Below, piece by piece: positions 57,859-64,000 of a DNA stretch of 64,000 bases. The stretch lies in the NCBI GenBank assembly GCA_977030845.1, contig OZ365110.1:16306001-16370000 (forward strand), written 5' to 3'. Under the pieces are notes generated by a model. It was not told where the DNA came from and did no database searches. It saw only the letters and a list, made by a program, of their open reading frames with translations. A program made the position numbers and the translations under genes. Every line of letters starts with the position of its first letter. Positions within the stretch are counted from its first letter, which is position 1. Source of the stretch: Fimbriosthenelais zetlandica. Taxonomy: Eukaryota.

Positions 57859-58080
57859 CGTGTAATCGATGTAAGTGCAGGTTTTATATAAGCAGGAATA
57901 CCAGAAGTAGGAGGAGGTTTACCAGCAGAATGTGGAACCCAAAGAAATGAAACGAGAAACTCCCAAAAAATGGACGCAGCCACCGAGAAGGCAGGCAAGA
58001 GAGCAACAAAGGGAGGATGGCCGAATAAGCCAAAAAGACAAAAGCTAGGCGGGGTTTTATGGTTTCAGATGAGTTTAATT
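57859..58080 (-). other. Candidate untranslated first exon
   Basis: Starts ~25-30 nt downstream of the minus-strand TATAAAAA and ends at a CG|GTAAGC donor at 57859; CpG-containing. Confidence 0.3.
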
Positions 58081-58230
58081 TAGAGATTTCCCAATCGGTT
58101 GTTCTTTTTATAGTCTTGCTCGCTTCAAATTGTCTCTGGAGTGAGACATGGTATAAATACAGGCACAATGTAGGGAAGACCAGTAATGAGGTTCTCTAGT
58201 TCTGACGTATGATGACGTAAAATGACGCTT
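58040..58230. promoter_or_regulatory. Candidate core promoter: GC box, CCAAT, TATA boxes on both strands, three CRE half-sites
   Basis: GGCGGG ~58048, CCAAT 58091-58095, TATAAAAA on minus 58105-58112, TATAAATA on plus 58152-58159, TGACG at 58203, 58213 and 58223; locally CpG-rich. Confidence 0.5.
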
Positions 58231-61200
58231 CTGTAAAAAGCTGACTTAATCATTTTATCCGGATCACTAATTGCTCGATTGTCTTCAAATACTCCCTTTT
58301 TAAAGCTCCACAATTGATTGTTTCTGCATAGGCCATCATCTTCCAGGAGGAGATTTTGGGAAAGCCATAAAGTTTCCCAAGGTTAAACGAATAAATTATG
58401 ATAAGTAGATGCCATTTAGACGGCCATCAGCATGATGCTGTTCTGGGAGCCTTTACAAGGCAACTTGATGCTAAAAGTGCACAAGTCACATGACCTTCAT
58501 GATGGCCAATCCTGAACATGTGTCACCATGGCAATGGCTGGGTGGCCACGACCATGGCGCATGTCATAAAGCTATTTCCTATTTCAGTCATGGTACAAGG
58601 AGGTACCACCAGGCCCAGCCATGGTACACTGCTCTGCCACCAGGGGATGCTCTGACAGATCAGTGCCCCCTTTCAGCGCCTCTCGATACTACATTCATCT
58701 TGTCAATGTCGACAGAATGGTCCTCCATCACAGCAATCGATTGCACATCAGGCCCATCAAAAGCTCCTATAAATACAACACAGGCCTTCCTCAATACGAA
58801 ACAAGGCATCTCTGGCCCGGCAAGGGCCATTGTTTGCCAGAAAGGCAACTTAAGCCAAAATATCACTGAATACGTACATTGAGATTTACCATCACCACCA
58901 CCACAGTAGGATGTCTTTTGGATCAAATACATGAAAGGGAGTGAATAAGAAATTCTCCAATATAAACCTATAACAATAAGAGCTATCTAATTGCGCAGAT
59001 CCTTTTTTGAGATGACCAATAATTTAGTCTTGAGCCAAAGTATAATTTGCGTAGATCCTATACATACAAGGAATACAGCAGGCATAATATTATGCATATG
59101 GTACTAAGGAAATGTTAAGCAGATTTATAGCGCCATACGAAAATGAGATCCAAGACAATGACCTGATAGGACTATGGTTTTCACATATCCACCTGCTCCA
59201 TGACAACCTCTTTGAAGACATCCTTAGGGTAACACGCATAATGAAGTGGTATACAGTAGGACTCTTTCTGTAGGATTTCTTTCATTAAGGCTAATATATC
59301 TCACACTTCAAGAATTTTTCCATTAACGAAATAAGGATTTAGCTTTTAGCTTGAGGTTGTAGAATAATCGGTTCATTGTGAACCAGTATTTAAATAAGGG
59401 TTCTTTCTGGTATAGTTTCATGGAAAACATTTCAGTAAACTATTTCCACTCATCATAAAAATCTATAGGAAATCTAATGCAAACAATATTCAAGCTGATT
59501 CCGATGCAATTCAGCCCATGAAAACATCAATCATGATCATAATTCCATCCCAAGTAATTTGGTCCTCCTTTTTGGTCCTCCATTTTTTCCTGATCCAAAA
59601 TATGCACTATCTCAAGTAACTGTAGGATCTGTTTTAGAGCAAGTTTTAAGTGGTTCACTTGAGATTCTTCTCTTGTTACATACATGTTCCATCAGTTCTT
59701 GTTTCCTCCTACAGTGCCTTGATGGTGTAGGCCTTCACTGCCCAGGGAGAGTGAATTAGGCAAGTCTATATCTCCACCAGGAGACTTTATTAAGCAGGAT
59801 GGGGTGGTGTGATTGAGCGCTTCACCATGCCATAAACCGCTTACAATGGACCTGCTAAACCCCACTGCACCAATTACACCCCCAAATAAGAAGCCATAAA
59901 TTTTTCTACCAGATCATCCCAAAACAAAGTGTGTTAATGTAAAGAACATAAAAAAGCACTCCATTATTTAGCAATGATATGGAAAGCTTTCTACTTCTAA
60001 TCATGTTGCTTGCAACAAGTGTCAAGACTCATTTAAAAGTTTACTTCACAAAGGTACACACATTAAGGAAATTCTCCCTGTCAAGCGGGGCCTGCCCATG
60101 TTATTCCCTTCCACTGTAGTACGGTTAATTACCACTAATGCGAATATGAACATAGGAACTTGCAAAATGGGTCATATCCAAGTTTTGCCGCATAGTGTGT
60201 GCAATAATAGGGCAATCAAGGCTACTTCCTGTATGGAGTGCCACCTGACGCCTGCAGAAGGAAGCATAGATATTGATTAAGTGGAAGAACGCCTCCTTAA
60301 TTAGTCCTGCTTGATCTAATCATACACAGTCAGCAGGCTCATATGAAACTTGTGAGGAGGAGAATGATTAGCATTACTACGGGTTTCCTATGAAATTAGT
60401 AATACAGAAACAACATTCTTATTATATTTCGGTGGAGTATGGCATGAATATAATCATGAGTAAGATCCGAAGAGACTTTTAATGCCCTGAGTATAGATGC
60501 AAAATCAGAAAAAAATCAAGAGCAACTTTCACTCGCAAGCAATACTCTTGGTAATTAACAATGTTCAAGAGATCGTCGCCATATTGATAATAATGTTAAT
60601 GCACCTTAGCCTGCACTCTTGCCACCAATGAGTGAGTATATTAATTTATGGATGGGTCAAAAGAATGCTGCTGAACCGGTAGAATACTAATTACCAAGCC
60701 ATGTCAGGCATCCTGCACAGCAAAGCAGATGTTAAAATTTATAACGAAGTAAAATAAAAACTGATTCCGTAGAGAAATGGTTTCCTTCTGATAGAGAGGA
60801 ACTCGGAAATGAATTGATCATAGCACATGCTAGACGCAATCAATAAACAGCATCTCAGACCATTTGCTTCAGTGAACAATTATTCATGTACAGATGTATT
60901 ATAATTATTTGTATGAAATTGGGTGCACACCAGAAAATCCACTTTATGCTTACACCAGTGTATAAACTGCTAGTAAAATACTAAGGCAATGCAGAACCTT
61001 ATACACTCGAAGAAAAACCTAGGTGTTATCCTGAGATATTAACCAACACAGGGAATAAGACCTCAGCATGCATCATTTTACTTAAGTATGGCTGAAGTGA
61101 ATGGTACGTGGGAGTGGAGCATGGAGCAAGGGGGGAATTATCTCAATAGAAGACTGTGATCAGTAGATGAGAATGTGACAGCACATCACATCATCAATCA

Positions 61201-62587
61201 CCTTCCTGACTCACCCTGGCTTACCACATTTGGGCAGATAAAGGCAAAAATCTCACCCTTCAAGAAAGTAGGGATTGCCATTACAAGAAAAAGATCTCTA
61301 GGTTAGGATAGGAGAGGAGGGAGAGTAAATCCAAGCAAATATTTAAATGTGTGAAATGATAGCACGAGATAACCACTGATGGAGTAGGAAAAAGTCCTGT
61401 ACATAGAAGTGGCACTAAATCAACTGCATGGAACTGTATAGGGCGACTTATCCGATATCGTATTTAAAACCGTCATATAAAGGAAGAATTCACATGACGT
61501 TCATCTCGCAGAAGTAGATACTTAATTATGATTAGTGCACTTCCATCCAGCAATGAAAATTATGGCTTAATTGTGATTATGCCAAGGAAGTGAATCATTA
61601 TCGCCCTCTGTTTTTCCCCAAGTCCTTGTCTCCAGCATCCTGCATCCTCTCTCCTGGTTTAACCTTTCCCATGAGTCAAATCAACCAGTGGTTCTGCAAT
61701 TAACACTGAGGCCACCGGGTTGAAAGTGCTTATGAAAATACAAAAGTTAGGAGGTCTATTATGGAGGTGACACAAGAGGAGATGAGAAATCAGAATCATT
61801 CTTGAGCACTTTGGACAAAACTGAGGGCCAAAATCAGGCAAGTTCCTTTAAATCAAGAGGAAGGTGTAAGCCTCGGATGTGTGTTGTTCTAAGAATGACT
61901 AGTCCTTTACTTGACGCTGATGAAACCACAGACTTGCTAGTCGGTGAAATTCAGCATATATGACCTACATAACTCATTGCCTTGGCATCTCAGGGAGGAA
62001 GTAAAAGTAATTCTACAATCTAGTGTCACTTTCAGAGCACTCATACTGACCGCTTCTCACTAGAAGGGCAGAAATGAAAAGGTAGCCATGTTCTGAGACC
62101 CTCAACTGAGGATAGGGAATAACAAGCAGGTCATGTCTGACTATAGGAGGATTAGCATGGGGATCTTTGCGGCAAGGCCAAAGCCCAGTGACATTGATTC
62201 ATTGAAAGCAATCAGCCAGTGGAATGCTTACTCCCAGGTACATGGCCAATTGCAGCCCTCTACATGCCTCTTATTCTGTGAAATTGAGAGGGATATTTCT
62301 TTCTTAAAGAACTTTTCTACACTGGAAAAAATACCATCTAGATTTCTCTTAAATGTAGCATTTTCTTATATATATACAATCTATTTCTATTTCAAACAGT
62401 CCATCATTTCTTTTAAGAGATTTCTCCTCTTTGTAGGGGGCCAAGAGTTTGCATTGATCTATCTACCTCCGTTGGACCAACTAACAGCCTTTCCTTTCTC
62501 CTCTCAATCATGCCCTAATTTGTCATTTATCTAAACACACACTGCTGGCTCAAGCTGGGCGGGATGCAAGTTGGGCGAGCGAGCAAG

Positions 62588-62645
62588 AATCAATCACTAG
62601 GCTGTAGATCAAAGTCAGTGAGTGCTTGATTGACAGCGCCTGTCA
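62588..62645. promoter_or_regulatory. Candidate Pbx-Meis/Prep enhancer element
   Basis: TGATTGACAG (canonical PBX-PREP/MEIS decamer) at 62627-62636, reverse TGACAG at 62640-62645, TGATTGAT on minus at ~62589-62596. Confidence 0.45.
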
Positions 62646-63777
62646 GTGGCTGGGTGTACTTACAGCTCTATGATCACAGTCTCCGTGTGTGTTCTAATAA
62701 CAGAACACAGGACGACTTTCTCCTGTCACTGTGAGATCACAACCAATTTCCTTAGCCTTTGGTGCTGTTATTCTGCACCCATCACACCCGAAGGCCCTAC
62801 GGGGGAATTTCTATGTGTTTATGGATAGACAACTGACAGCTCAGAGGAACTGGCCTCACTCCTATAGCCATTTAGATAGAATTTTTAGCTTGACATGAAA
62901 AAAGTTTTTGAAAAGACCCAAGGTGAAGAAAGATCTTTTATATAACTCTTTGAACTCTGATGTAAAGTGACACTTAGTTGACAATGAAATAGTCCACACG
63001 TCGTACATATTTTGCCTAAGCCCACTAATGAAAATGAATCACCCCAAAGTAGTCATGTTGATAAAGTCATCCATTACTTCCACCATTTGCTAACGTTGCA
63101 AGCAACTGTTACTTGTTAACAGTATTCCTCATGCCAGGATTCACAGACTGTAGAATCATTCTAATGGGTACACAGCTATCTTAAACAGTGTCGCTTCTCT
63201 TATCTCCCTAATGTTTAGAATTGTTTGCGACCTACAGGGCAAGGCACCATTGCAAACGAGGATATTCCTCTTCTTCAGGAGGCAGCAACTACACGAAGTA
63301 TTTGACACACAGACAGCTGTGTACTAAATCAAAGCTGAAGGAGAGACTCAGAAGTACCGGCTAACATCAAGTGGCCCTGGATTGAAACTGGGATTTAACT
63401 AGACTTTAATGTCTTGTCTACTGAGGCATATTTACCCTTGCCTTAAGCTAAATGTGGGACGGCATTTAACGCAAGGTCATTAGGTATAATCCCAGTAATA
63501 AGCAGAGGCAGTTGTGAAGCTTGCAGCTTCTATCCATAATTGATGTTCAAGGGAAACTGTCGCTTGCTGCTCAATGGGTAAAGAATCACAGGTGCCTTTT
63601 GCCGGGGCCATGGCATTGCTATGCGTCTCTGGAAAACCACTTTCCCCCGCCTTTCATTCCAGAGCTGAGGTAATTTTGCAGTACTACATATCAGGAGCAC
63701 CAGGCATGCCTGGAACAATACCAGGGTATCATTTAGGTGAGTGCTAGTTTGCCTCCTTGGCTATTACCTTGTCTATT

Positions 63778-63945
63778 CTGTCAGGGTGCCATTGGCAAGA
63801 GCTCGGACCTAATCTTAGCCCTGTCACTGCAGTAAATTACCTCAGACAGCTGTCAGTCAGAGGGAAGAAAGGACAAACACGACCTGTGACAGATGTGACA
63901 GCAGGGACCAGGAGCAATAGCCGGGGTCGTGACAGATGTGACAGC
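63778..63945. promoter_or_regulatory. Homotypic cluster of seven TGACAG (Meis/Prep/TGIF) sites including a 17-bp direct repeat
   Basis: CTGTCA at 63778, 63821, 63850; TGACAG at 63887, 63896, 63930, 63939; GTGACAGATGTGACAGC exact at 63886-63902 and 63929-63945. Confidence 0.5.
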
Positions 63946-64000
63946 TTATGGTGGGTGCCATGGAAGAGGTTAAACAGAGAAATAGTAGCTGCGTGGCATG

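Noticed and set aside
58621-58869. THAP-like start MVHCSATRGCSDR
   Set aside because: Lacks the conserved FP, W and CxxHF residues of THAP domains.
59540-59690. Retroelement RT C-terminal-like HL...K...YLG on the minus strand
   Set aside because: The spacing is suggestive but no YxDD lies upstream; insufficient without an HMM search.
1-64000. CRISPR arrays, operons or other prokaryotic systems
   Set aside because: No regular repeat-spacer arrays or dense ORFs; the sequence is eukaryotic and intron-like.

Overview
Eukaryotic (animal) genomic DNA, roughly 40% GC, CpG-poor with local CpG-richer patches, almost entirely intronic/intergenic. The texture suggests an invertebrate such as an echinoderm-like deuterostome, but that is inference only. 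None of the supplied ORFs is a complete gene. Best-supported elements: (1) one spliced exon on the minus strand (19950-20097) encoding a type II membrane anchor resembling the N-terminus of MGAT1/GnT-I, with no catalytic exons recognised in the window; (2) an apparently complete tRNA-derived SINE with a poly(A) tail (37644-37940, minus), whose 3' ~87 nt recur at ~92% identity at 42219-42306 (plus); (3) a decayed Ty3/Gypsy pol fragment (RNase H to integrase, ~35670-36520, minus); (4) a weaker decayed DIRS/Ngaro-like remnant (~3790-4615, minus); (5) several promoter/enhancer-like patches, including three CRE half-sites at exact 10-bp spacing and a dense TALE (Meis/Prep/TGIF, Pbx) motif cluster near the right end. 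I found no demonstrable new biological system. The best leads are the SINE head-tail complementarity, the TALE motif cluster, the phased-CRE bidirectional-looking promoter and a possible series of alternative untranslated first exons for the MGAT1-like gene.
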